A stretch of DNA of 64,000 nucleotides from an uncultured Nitrospiraceae bacterium. GTDB taxonomy: Bacteria; Nitrospirota; Nitrospiria; Nitrospirales; Nitrospiraceae. This document shows, piece by piece, positions 1 to 8,594 of the stretch. Both the position numbers and the translations under genes were made by a program. The first letter of the stretch is position 1; each line of letters opens with the position of its first letter. The DNA lies in NCBI GenBank assembly GCA_963730935.1, contig CAVSTP010000003.1:448001-512000 (forward strand), written 5' to 3'. Under the pieces are notes generated by a model. It did no database searches and was not told where the DNA came from. It saw only the letters and a list, made by a program, of their open reading frames with translations.

Positions 1-2
1 GG

Positions 3-404
3 ACGACGACGGCGGTGCGAGGCTTCCATCCGGATACCTTGGACTGTTTGAATCGATACCGCTGGCCGGGAAACGTTCGCGAGTTGGAGAATGCGATCGA
101 ACGCGCGGTCTCACTCAGCCACGGGCCGTTGTTGACTCCAGACGATTTGCCGGCGGCCATCCGGCAAGCGCCCGGTCCCGTCGAGCAAAAATCCGATGTG
201 CCCGACACGGCCGAGTCCGTCTATCTGACCCTCGAGGAAGTGGAGAAACGCCATTTGGTGCGCGTGCTCAAGGAAACCAAGGGAAACAAAGTGAAGGCGG
301 CAAAAATCCTCGGCATCGATCGACGGACGCTCTATCGCATGGCCGAGCGGTTTGGTTTGGATCTGGGGCCCGATGCCGAAGGGAGCGACAAGGACGCAGG
401 ATAG
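3..404 (+). CDS. Sigma-54-dependent transcriptional regulator (NtrC/Fis family), C-terminal part, truncated by the window edge
   Basis: YRWPGNVRELENAIERA (AAA+ end motif) plus Fis-type HTH GNKVKAAKILGIDRRTLYR. Confidence 0.93.
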   Translation, partial: TTTAVRGFHPDTLDCLNRYRWPGNVRELENAIERAVSLSHGPLLTPDDLPAAIRQAPGPVEQKSDVPDTAESVYLTLEEVEKRHLVRVLKETKGNKVKAAKILGIDRRTLYRMAERFGLDLGPDAEGSDKDAG

Positions 405-406
405 CG

Positions 407-853
407 TTACAGAAGGTGGAGTGCGTTTTTGATTAGTCGAAGCTGATTCTCTGCGCTCTGGGGCAAGGCCGTGGGTGACTCCTCCCACCGTGTAAAGAGT
501 CCGTCCTTTCCCTCGTACAGCACGTGGAGTCTGAGTCTGGTGCTCTGTTCATCAGCGGTCGTCACTACGGCATCGACCCGACTTCGTCCAGTGGCAAAAC
601 GCCACCGAAGAAGTCCATCCCAGGGACCGCGGATTTCTTCCCGATAGCCCGTCGTCAAGTTCTGATCATCTTCCTGTTCGATCTCATATCCCCCGTATGT
701 GAGGACCTGGATCACGGCGGTTCGCACGTGGTCAACCGAGGCAGGCAAGGTGACGTCTACGACATCGGGGTCATGAGGAATCGGGGGGCCGGCGCATGCT
801 GCACTTGCGAGGAGTGAAAGAGCAGCCAGGAGGCGGAGGCAGGGTGAGGTCAC
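407..853 (-). CDS. Hypothetical lipoprotein
   Basis: Signal peptide with lipobox-like SAAC; GTG start overlaps the upstream stop (GTGA). Confidence 0.7.
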   Translation of the reverse strand: MTSPCLRLLAALSLLASAACAGPPIPHDPDVVDVTLPASVDHVRTAVIQVLTYGGYEIEQEDDQNLTTGYREEIRGPWDGLLRWRFATGRSRVDAVVTTADEQSTRLRLHVLYEGKDGLFTRWEESPTALPQSAENQLRLIKNALHLL

Positions 854-1104
854 TTGGCTTTCGTGTCCTTCAACCGATACACCAGATGTGTATCGGTTTG
901 TGAGACGCCTTCGATCGAATGAATGCGGCTGAGCACGAGTTGCGTCAACGCGTCTTGATCCGGCACTTCGACGACCGCAATGATGTCCGGCTTACCCCAG
1001 CAAGGATCGATCGTTTTGATCTGCTTGATCTCGCCGAGCGCTCTTACCACACGGCTTGTCTGACCCGGTTGTACGTGAATCAAGATATACGCTCGGTCGG
1101 CCAT
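850..1104 (-). CDS. Stand-alone Lrp/AsnC ligand-binding (RAM) domain protein, 84 aa; an alternative in-frame start lies at 1263
   Basis: AYILIHVQPG...WGKPDIIAVVEVPDQDALTQLVLSRIHSIEGVSQTDT fits the AsnC C-terminal domain pattern; GGAG precedes ATG 1104. Confidence 0.85.
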   Translation of the reverse strand: MADRAYILIHVQPGQTSRVVRALGEIKQIKTIDPCWGKPDIIAVVEVPDQDALTQLVLSRIHSIEGVSQTDTHLVYRLKDTKAK

Positions 1105-1270
1105 GACCACTCCACCGTCTACCGGTGCATGGATCGTGCAAGGCACCGCCGGAATGGCAGGCTCCTTGCCAACGTAGCGGATACCAGAAGCACCTGTCAA
1201 TGTGGCCGAAGCGGGCCAGGAAACTTGATTGGAGACACCTGCCACAGGTTTGGGCTTCTTCATGACCGCC

Positions 1271-2692
1271 TCACTTGGGTGCGACGACGACGTCGACAGC
1301 AAAATGTTCGCTTGTGGTGCAAAGCTCACTCTCCAATCCGCGCGGGTTACCGATGCGGCCTTCCGGGTCATAGATGAAACACAACAGATGCGCGCACCGT
1401 CCGCGGTTTCGATAACGCTCGACGTCGGCGCGGACTTGATCGGCGAGATCGGTCCGGCTGAGCCCCGTCCGTGTTTTCTTGACGACGATGGCGAGTCGAT
1501 CGTGATCGAGCAGATAGGTGGTGCGGAGAGCGCCATTGCTATAAGACGGAGTCCACTCGTCCGTGCCGATGTCATCAAAATGCTGACGAAGGAGCGCATG
1601 CACGAGGTCTTGTACGTCGCACTCGTCCTCGACGTTGATCGTCGATCGGTACTCGCCGCGCAAGCGTAATTGGCGCGCCACGACATGAAATCGTTGGCAG
1701 ACTTTCTTCGTGATAGAGAGGTGATCCGTCTCGGCGGCGGCCGACGAGTTGGCTGTGGCCAGTGGTGTCGTGGGTAAAGTCGGCTGCGTCACGCTCGGCG
1801 AAGCGGGGAGGGGAACTTCTTGCGTGCTCGTAAATGCGCCTGCGGCGGCCTGCGATTTTGGCGCCGGCGTGGCTGGAGCTGCCAGAACATCGGAAGGGGA
1901 AGCGACAGGTGTTGGAGACGGTGAAGTGACCGCAGCAGGCGCAGGAGGTGGTGAAGGTAGAGCGGCTCGTGCAGGTGCGGCGACAGCAGGAGGTGGACTC
2001 GGAGCAGGTACATTCAGGTCTGGTGCCGGCGGTACGGGTTTAGTTTCTTGTGTGCGGAATAGCGAAGAGATCGGTTCGATCGGTGTCCGCGGCGGTATCG
2101 ATTGCACGGGCGGCACGACTGCCGTCGATGTCGGTTCCACCGCTGGAGGGGTCGATGTGCCGGCTGGTGGTGCAGCGGCGGCGACTGGAGGTGCTGTCAC
2201 GGCAGCATTGGCAACGCCGGGAACCAGATGCAAGGCTGTGCCAGTCGGTCGGGAAGACGCGGTCACAGTTGTCATAGTTACCTGAGCGGTGGAAACCGAC
2301 GGAGGGACCAGCGCCATCTGAGGGGGAGCGGATGAAGGGGCCGCTTGAGCCACCGCCGGCTTGAGCCCTTGCAATTCCAACTTCTTGTCCTCGAGCGACG
2401 CGATCAGGCTTCGAATCAAGGTCAGGGTTTGCTTCTTCTCGGTCGGTGACGAAAGCGCCAGTTTGAGATGGCGATGCGTCTGAGACTCCGGCGATTTATC
2501 GCCGAAGGCTCGCTTGATGCACTCTCGAAGCTGGAGCTCAGTGCGGGTTAGGGCGCCCTCAAGATAAGGGAAGCCTTCCCGTCCGAGATCTTCAAGTTTC
2601 GGGATAAAGGCTTGCAATTGTTCAATGCTTTGGGTGAGGTCGTCGATCGCAAGCGATTTCGACCGCGCCCGTTCAGATTTTGCCCGTGGCAT
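1271..2692 (-). CDS. Protein with N-terminal helical domain, long Pro/Ala/Thr-rich linker and C-terminal DpnII/MboI-like REase-fold domain with degenerate catalytic residues
   Basis: C-terminal DECDVQDLVHALLR..FDDI..DEWTPSY...KKTR...LLCFIYDPEGRIGNPRGLESEL resembles the REase_DpnII-MboI family as I recall it; start placed at MPRAK. Confidence 0.75.
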   Translation of the reverse strand: MPRAKSERARSKSLAIDDLTQSIEQLQAFIPKLEDLGREGFPYLEGALTRTELQLRECIKRAFGDKSPESQTHRHLKLALSSPTEKKQTLTLIRSLIASLEDKKLELQGLKPAVAQAAPSSAPPQMALVPPSVSTAQVTMTTVTASSRPTGTALHLVPGVANAAVTAPPVAAAAPPAGTSTPPAVEPTSTAVVPPVQSIPPRTPIEPISSLFRTQETKPVPPAPDLNVPAPSPPPAVAAPARAALPSPPPAPAAVTSPSPTPVASPSDVLAAPATPAPKSQAAAGAFTSTQEVPLPASPSVTQPTLPTTPLATANSSAAAETDHLSITKKVCQRFHVVARQLRLRGEYRSTINVEDECDVQDLVHALLRQHFDDIGTDEWTPSYSNGALRTTYLLDHDRLAIVVKKTRTGLSRTDLADQVRADVERYRNRGRCAHLLCFIYDPEGRIGNPRGLESELCTTSEHFAVDVVVAPK

Positions 2693-2791
2693 AGTGTGTG
2701 GGAAAAGTGTAGCCCACGTCCATTGGACTGACAAGAAAACACCTGAAAATCAACAAAATAGCCGCTCGACCCGCTCAGGAGACTCGACCTA

Positions 2792-3037
2792 TCAGGCGGC
2801 CAGGTCGCTCGAGTGCTCGGAATCCTCCTGAACCACCGGTTGGGCGCTCAGTACCGGCTGAACGTTTGCCGAAGTCATCGCTGCTGCATGTAGGCTCCGG
2901 TTCCTTTCCAGTACCGGGTCGAAGACGTGCCCGCAATTGATGCAGCGCCAGCCTTCGAGCCACCATTCGCCGCCGCTTTCTTGTAGATCGAGGAAGTGAT
3001 CCCGTGCCATACATCCTTGACACCGTCGACAAGTCAT
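2792..3037 (-). CDS. Small zinc-ribbon-like protein (CxxC...CxxCG), 81 aa
   Basis: MTCRRCQGCM...GWRCINCGHVFDP; AAGGAGGA Shine-Dalgarno upstream of ATG 3037. Confidence 0.8.
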   Translation of the reverse strand: MTCRRCQGCMARDHFLDLQESGGEWWLEGWRCINCGHVFDPVLERNRSLHAAAMTSANVQPVLSAQPVVQEDSEHSSDLAA

Positions 3038-3277
3038 TGGGTCCTCCTTTGGTTCTCGGCACGCATCAAGCCTAACGGGTAAGGCCGGGCTTGTTGAGAC
3101 CCAAATGGGGTACCCCAAAAGAGGCAGAGCCGCCGGCGTTAGCGGGATGCCCAGGGGTACTACCAATTCCGTGGAAAGCGCAGGCGTACAAGGCTGGAGG
3201 GGATATCAAGTGCGACATCGAGCGTCTCGAGCCTGTTAATAGTTACAGGGCAAATACACCTACGCCATTATCCTACA

Positions 3278-3316
3278 TTGACAGAGGCCCCCTAATTTGG
3301 GACGATCGTCCCAAAT
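3278..3316 (+). promoter_or_regulatory. Sigma-70-like promoter overlapped by a perfect 22-bp palindrome (candidate operator)
   Basis: TTGACA 3278-3283, 17-bp spacer, weak -10 GACGAT 3301-3306; ATTTGGGACGATCGTCCCAAAT 3295-3316. Confidence 0.65.
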
Positions 3317-4154
3317 GGTGAAGACCCGACACTCGCAACCGCTCATCGCTGCACTGACTGTCCTCCTCCGTCCGCTCGTCCGCATTCTTCTTCGGCACGG
3401 GATTCCTTGTGATGTGCTCTTAACCGTCGCGCGCCAACTGTATATTCGCGTGGCGAGCGAAGAGTTTGTCCTCCCTGGGAAAAGACAGACCACCTCACGG
3501 GTGTCAATTCTCACCGGCCTTAGCCGCAAAGCGGTACGGCGGATCTTGAGGACCGGTGATGTGGACAATCAGGAAGCAACGGACCGGTACAATCGTGCAG
3601 CGCGAGTCATCACTGGGTGGGTACGGGATAAGGAGTTCCTCGACCACGCCGGCCAGCCAGTTGCTCTGCCAGTCGATGGCACGGACGCCTCGTTTGGGTC
3701 GTTAGTCCGCCTTTACAGCGGAGATATCCCTGTCCGAGCAATGTTGGATGAGCTCCTCCGTGTGGGTGCTGTGCGCTGGACAAAGGATGGTCGCATACGC
3801 CTCAAAGCCCGCTTTTACGTGCCGGAGCAGAGCGAAGCGGACAAGCTTCACATCTTGGGAACCGACACGGCCGATCTTATCGCGACGATTGCCCACAATC
3901 TTACCCCGAAGGGGAGTCCACGATACCAACGCAAAGTCATGTATGACAACGTGCCGGTGGAGGCCGCCCAGGAATTCAAGCGTCTGTCGGCCAACCGTGC
4001 TCAACTCTTTCTTGAAGACATTGATAGCTGGCTCTCGGGCTGGGACCGCGATGTTAATCCTTCTGTGCAGGGAAGTGGGCGCAAACGCGTTGGTATGGGC
4101 GTCTATTATTTTGAAGACGACGTTGTGGAATCACAATCAGGGCCCCGACCATGA
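3315..4154 (+). CDS. DUF6502 family protein with a probable HTH
   Basis: LLRPLVRILLRHGI...TTSRVSILTGLSRKAVRR...SFGSLVRLYSGDIPVRAMLDEL...RVGMGVYYFED; ATGA overlap with the next gene. Confidence 0.85.
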   Translation: MVKTRHSQPLIAALTVLLRPLVRILLRHGIPCDVLLTVARQLYIRVASEEFVLPGKRQTTSRVSILTGLSRKAVRRILRTGDVDNQEATDRYNRAARVITGWVRDKEFLDHAGQPVALPVDGTDASFGSLVRLYSGDIPVRAMLDELLRVGAVRWTKDGRIRLKARFYVPEQSEADKLHILGTDTADLIATIAHNLTPKGSPRYQRKVMYDNVPVEAAQEFKRLSANRAQLFLEDIDSWLSGWDRDVNPSVQGSGRKRVGMGVYYFEDDVVESQSGPRP

Positions 4155-5587
4155 GATGCATCGCCTCATCCGCCACCCTCAGTGTTCTCGGTGTGTGCAT
4201 GGGGCTCGCCTTGGCGTGTTCAGGTGGAGGCGGAGGAGGGACTGGCCTACCCAGCGCCACCACCACATCATCGACGAGTTCAGGTGTCATCACAGGATTT
4301 GGCAGCGTGAAGCTGGTCGGGAAAGAGTATGGAACTCAGAATACCTCGTTCACCGTCGATGGGCAACCGGGATCGCAGAACGATCTCAAGGTCGGCATGG
4401 TTGTGACAGTGAATGGTTCATTGTCTTCGACGGGTGTGAGGACAGCGTCGACTATCGCACAGGAAGACGTGGTGGAAGGTGCCGTTCAAGGCATTCCGAG
4501 TAATGATCGTCTTGTCGTCTTGGGTCAGACTGTCCTAATCAACGACGACACCGTGTTTGACAACAATATTCCCGGACAGAATATCGGTGGACTGACCGTA
4601 GGAGACCTCGTGGAGGTCAACGGCTTCGTGAAGGGTAAGGGGCTGATCATTGCCACGCTGATCGAGAAGAAAAATCCTCCCGCGACCTGCGAAGTGAAGG
4701 GTATCGTCGAAAAGCATAACAGCAGCGTCCAGTCCTTTATCCTCGGTGGGTTGACCGTCACCTACAGTGGTGCGGCCATCAACGACATGCCGAATGCCAA
4801 CGGCAATGCATGGAATGATTTGTTGGTAGAAGTGAAAGGCAGTCCGTGCACACTGGCCTCCCAACCTTTGATCGCCACCAACGTTGAGCCTGAGCGGGTC
4901 AACGTGGCGAATGCCGATGAAATAGAAGTGGAAGGGGCAATTACGCAGTTCAATTCTCCAGGCAGCTTTACGGTGAATGGCGCGCCTGTTGTCATAGATT
5001 CCAATACCAGCTTTGAAGACGGAGTTTCTGACGATTTGGCACTGGGCCTCGAGGTAAAGGTTGAAGGCTCGTTGTCTAATGGAGTGGTGACCGCCAAGGA
5101 AATCAAATTTAGAGACAACGTTGAGATTCAAGCCAACGTGACCACTGTGACGTCGGGAGGGGGGACCCCTAATCTTATGGTCTCTGGTCTCCCCGGCATC
5201 AGGGTATTCGTGAATGCACAGACCGAGTTCAAAGCGGGAATTTCTAACCTCGGTGAACTGGTCTCTGGGGATCACATCAGAGTCCTTGGGCGCCCGACTG
5301 GGGCCACGACGGTGATTGCATCCCGGGTCGATAGGCGCCCACAGGACACGCGAGTGCTCCTTGAAGGAGCAGTACAGGCCGTTGCCGACCCAAGCGTAAT
5401 CGTGCTTGGTGTGACCATTAATACATCGACGATTGACGACGGAAATTTTGAGGGTCCGAAGGGCGCTGCGGTTGGTCGGACTGTCTTCTTCAGTTCGGTT
5501 CAGGTGGGAACGGTGGTTAAAGCCCGTGGTGACTTGATTGGCGGAATAGTGCGCTGGAACAAAATCGAAATTGAGGGCGGGAAGTAG
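4151..5587 (+). CDS. DUF5666 repeat-containing lipoprotein
   Basis: Lipobox LALAC plus Gly linker; GVITGFGSV; repeated EG.V/I...L.VG..VEV.G......A..I units. Confidence 0.85.
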   Translation: MRCIASSATLSVLGVCMGLALACSGGGGGGTGLPSATTTSSTSSGVITGFGSVKLVGKEYGTQNTSFTVDGQPGSQNDLKVGMVVTVNGSLSSTGVRTASTIAQEDVVEGAVQGIPSNDRLVVLGQTVLINDDTVFDNNIPGQNIGGLTVGDLVEVNGFVKGKGLIIATLIEKKNPPATCEVKGIVEKHNSSVQSFILGGLTVTYSGAAINDMPNANGNAWNDLLVEVKGSPCTLASQPLIATNVEPERVNVANADEIEVEGAITQFNSPGSFTVNGAPVVIDSNTSFEDGVSDDLALGLEVKVEGSLSNGVVTAKEIKFRDNVEIQANVTTVTSGGGTPNLMVSGLPGIRVFVNAQTEFKAGISNLGELVSGDHIRVLGRPTGATTVIASRVDRRPQDTRVLLEGAVQAVADPSVIVLGVTINTSTIDDGNFEGPKGAAVGRTVFFSSVQVGTVVKARGDLIGGIVRWNKIEIEGGK

Positions 5588-5602
5588 GCAGGTGGAAATC
5601 GA

Positions 5603-5860
5603 ATGACCCGTAGGAGGATGCGGACTAGCGACCTCTTCTGGAACAGCGATGACTGGCGCCGTGCGTGGAAAACTGCTTTGATGCAAATCAATCGAGTACC
5701 TGCCGCGGTCAAGGGGCATATGGCGTTCCACCGGGCAATCCACTTGCTGGACAGTGCCTTTGTCAGAGGCGATGCGCTCCAGTTTCAGCTTGCTATCTTG
5801 CTGCTAGATTGTGGCAACGAGGGGATTGGTCGCGGTGACTATTCTCCGTTACGGAATTAG
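5603..5860 (+). CDS. Small hypothetical protein
   Basis: 85-aa ORF directly downstream of the DUF5666 gene; AGGAGG near an internal ATG; no recognisable family. Confidence 0.4.
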   Translation: MTRRRMRTSDLFWNSDDWRRAWKTALMQINRVPAAVKGHMAFHRAIHLLDSAFVRGDALQFQLAILLLDCGNEGIGRGDYSPLRN

Positions 5861-5957
5861 ACCAGTGATTGGCGAGCGAAGTGATTCAGCGTATGCCTCG
5901 CGCTCTAAGTTGATTTCGCTTGGGAAGGGGTTGCATTCAGTCTCACAGAACACGGAT

Positions 5958-6368
5958 ATGACGCCCTCTACGACTGTTCTTCTAATCGATGATGATACAG
6001 GTGACCGAGAGTCCTGGGCACAGCGCCTTAACATTCTGTCAAACGACTACCATATTCTTGAGGCCGACACTGGGGAGAGAGGACTCGCCATCTGGGATTC
6101 ACAGCGGATCGACTGCGTCGTTACTGAGTTGAATCTGCCCGACATGACGGGCTTTGAAATCATTGTAAAGTTGGTCCCACGTGTCACCCACCCCGAGATT
6201 GCGGTCATAGTCTTAACTGACCTGACTCTTCCTGCATTGGCCAAGCTTGCGAGGAATAGTGGTGCTCACGCTTATTTGCAAAAGTCACGAACCTCGGGCG
6301 AGGACTTAGACCATGCCATCCGTAAGGCCATCGCTACTGTTGACCCCAACAAGAAGCGTGGGGGCTAG
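5958..6368 (+). CDS. Single-domain response regulator (receiver), atypical
   Basis: VLLIDDD, CVVTELNLPDMTGFE, VIVLT, GAHAYLQK receiver motifs. Confidence 0.85.
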   Translation: MTPSTTVLLIDDDTGDRESWAQRLNILSNDYHILEADTGERGLAIWDSQRIDCVVTELNLPDMTGFEIIVKLVPRVTHPEIAVIVLTDLTLPALAKLARNSGAHAYLQKSRTSGEDLDHAIRKAIATVDPNKKRGG

Positions 6369-6487
6369 CGTGTTAGCGCGGCAGTTTTCGCTCCGACAGA
6401 AATCGTCACGATTACTGGGAAAGCAATTGAAGACAAATTCCTCAAAGACCTAACCTGCACTCGCTTATGAATGACGTAGGAGGACCC

Positions 6488-6754
6488 ATGGATAAGAACA
6501 ATGCGAAAAAACATCCCTTGCAGTGCCGAAAATGCACCGGCACAGTCTTGCCGGATCGAGCTATTTGTTTACCCAATGGGGTCTGGGTCTTGAGGTATGT
6601 CTGCATCTATTGTGATTGCCGATGGCATGCAATAAAGACGGCACGCCAGTGGGTGCTCGTCAAAGCGAGTACACCCGTCTTCACAACGATTACCGCACAG
6701 ACCGTTATTGCCACTGATAATGATGATAGCGCTGGACCAGCGATTGCCGTGTGA
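6488..6754 (+). CDS. Small CxxC...CxxC hypothetical protein
   Basis: AGGAGG upstream of ATG 6488; CRKC and CIYC motifs. Confidence 0.5.
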   Translation: MDKNNAKKHPLQCRKCTGTVLPDRAICLPNGVWVLRYVCIYCDCRWHAIKTARQWVLVKASTPVFTTITAQTVIATDNDDSAGPAIAV

Positions 6755-7313
6755 GTGTATCTAATAGCGATTCCCCACCAAAGTCGAGGCTTCCGAACAC
6801 TGTGTATGCTGCTCTACCTGGTTGACAGTCGGCCATGCTTCTCGTCCTCCATGACAATGTGCCCTCCCTTTCATCAGTGGTTTGGCCAAGAAGGACGGTG
6901 TGCTATCACCAGCTACCTAAGGAAGCTAAATTGGCCTTACATCTACCCGGCCTCGTCCTTCGCGTCGTCTTCCTCACACGGTCTCGGTGCCCCTGTAGGT
7001 TCCCTCGCCACGGTTCAGACCGTTGAGACTTCTCGATCAAGTGAGTGGCTGTGCATTGTCGAATACCACGACAGGAGGCAGCCCAGGCAGGGGACCCGGC
7101 TGTATCGGTCGCATTTGTGGGCGAATGACCTCGGACGGTTCGAGATTGTGAAGGATGTAATGCCTGTTATCGAGGCGAAAATAACGGGATCAGCAACACG
7201 AACTAAAACCTGGACTCAACTCTCCCTGCCGTTCCCTCAGATTGAACTTAAATCCGCAACGACTCATCACCCCGTCGTAGGTTCTCGACTCATACCTAAA
7301 ATTTTTCCGCTGA

Positions 7314-7508
7314 AGCAACCGGCCCTCCAGAACGTTCCGAACTGCCAAGAAGGCGGCGGGCTCAACGAACCTCCGCCGGGCAGGCATCGACACCGCCACG
7401 GCAATGAAGATCGTGGGTCACAAGTCCGAGAAGATGTGGAAGCGTTATGACGCGATCGAGGAAAGTGACCTAGTGAATGCAGCCAGCAAGCTCAATACCT
7501 ACTTGTAA
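7314..7508 (+). pseudogene. Remnant of a tyrosine recombinase/phage integrase C-terminus
   Basis: Frame not in the ORF track reads RTFRTAKKAAG-STNLRRAGIDTATAMKIVGHKSEKMWKRYDAIEESDL...YL*; GH...RY catalytic box present, HxxR box absent, TGA at 7311 upstream. Confidence 0.85.
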
Positions 7509-7551
7509 ATGAACACGGGTGAAGGTCAGGATTAATTTTCTAAGTGTAAGT

Positions 7552-8451
7552 CTAGTTGATCACGATCGACAGATCTTGCGTGTCTGGATTTCCTGATACG
7601 TCCTGAACCTGGACGGTAAATGGCGATGTACCTCTCGCAGTGGGCGTTCCTGAAATCACGCCGGTGGTCGGATTCAAATTCAGGCCCGCTGGCAGCGTCC
7701 CTGCGGAGATGCTCCAGGTCAGCGGTGCCGTTCCTCCGGTCGCGGCCATCGGCTCGTTATAGGCTTGATTGACTGTTCCTGCCGGCAGCGAGGTCGTCGT
7801 GATATTAGGGGTGACACGAACCGAGAGCGCTCGCGTATCTTGTTGCCCGCTTGTGTCTTGAACCTGGACGATGAACGGGTAGGGGCCGGCTAGGGCAGTC
7901 GGTATTCCTGAGATCATGCCGGTGGTCGGATTCAGACTGAGAGTCGGCGGGAGTGTGCCTGTGCCCGGGAGGACAATGCTAAAGGTCAGCGCTCCGATAC
8001 CTCCGACGGTTTCGACAGGCTCGTTATAGGCTGCGGCAATACTTGCGTTTGGAAGGGCGGTTGTCGTGATCGCGAGCGGAGGCTCGATGGTCAAGCTGAG
8101 CGTTTGTTCGACGGTCTGCGAAGGGACCGAGCTGTCGCGCAGCGTAAACGTGTGTGTCGTGGTTGCCGCCGTCGTCGGTGTTCCGGAGATTGCGCCGGTC
8201 GCCGGATCCAACGAGAGATTGGCAGGAAGCGCCGGCGAGACGGACCAGGTGTAAGGAAGCGCGCCTCCAAAGCCGCTGACTGAAGTCGAATAGGGGTGGT
8301 TGACCGTTTGCTCGGGGAGTGAGGTTGTCGTGATCGCCAAACTGCCGGGGGTCGGGCCGCTGTCGCCACCGCAGCCGGTCAATCCCAAGATGGCAATAGC
8401 AGAGAGGATGACGACACAAACGATAATACCGATTACGTTTCTGTGCTTCAT
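7552..8451 (-). CDS. Lipoprotein with three putative Ig (He_PIG/cadherin-like) repeats
   Basis: Lipobox LTGC; three units of ITTT.LP......Y...GG....TWS...LP..L.L.P.TG.ISGTPT. Confidence 0.88.
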   Translation of the reverse strand: MKHRNVIGIIVCVVILSAIAILGLTGCGGDSGPTPGSLAITTTSLPEQTVNHPYSTSVSGFGGALPYTWSVSPALPANLSLDPATGAISGTPTTAATTTHTFTLRDSSVPSQTVEQTLSLTIEPPLAITTTALPNASIAAAYNEPVETVGGIGALTFSIVLPGTGTLPPTLSLNPTTGMISGIPTALAGPYPFIVQVQDTSGQQDTRALSVRVTPNITTTSLPAGTVNQAYNEPMAATGGTAPLTWSISAGTLPAGLNLNPTTGVISGTPTARGTSPFTVQVQDVSGNPDTQDLSIVIN

Positions 8452-8594
8452 TGAGAGCCAGTCTGCAACTCATCGGAAGATTTCTTACCGACCGCCAGAC
8501 ACATAAACTCGCCTGACATTGTAACAATCGGGATAAAGCGAAGATTCGAGTCGCACCGCTTTCCAGGGCGCCGCGAGACGAGGAGATACTGTAT

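Larger units (their letters stand above)
3200..8594. mobile_element. Decayed genomic island adjacent to the 3' end of tRNA-Arg(CCT); left boundary approximate
   Basis: Integrase remnant, tRNA 3' end at the right border, GC that looks lower by eye, and accessory or fragmentary genes; no att repeat found. Confidence 0.5.

Noticed and set aside
1105..1686. Full 278-aa ORF 850-1686
   Set aside because: The upstream half overlaps the 1271-2692 gene out of frame; only the last 84 (possibly 137) codons look real.
3040..3280. Search for an att direct repeat of the tRNA-Arg 3' end (TGGTGCCCCCGACACG) at the left island border
   Set aside because: No convincing copy found by eye, so the island boundary stays approximate.
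6755..7450. 231-aa ORF from the ORF track
   Set aside because: Low-complexity start, no SD or family motif, and its 3' part overlaps the integrase remnant in another frame.
7560..8340. Repeated DNA segments such as CCGGTGGTCGGATTCA, GGCTCGTTATAGGCT and GGTTGTCGTGATCGC
   Set aside because: They are the coding repeats of the three Ig-like domains, not a CRISPR array or REP elements.
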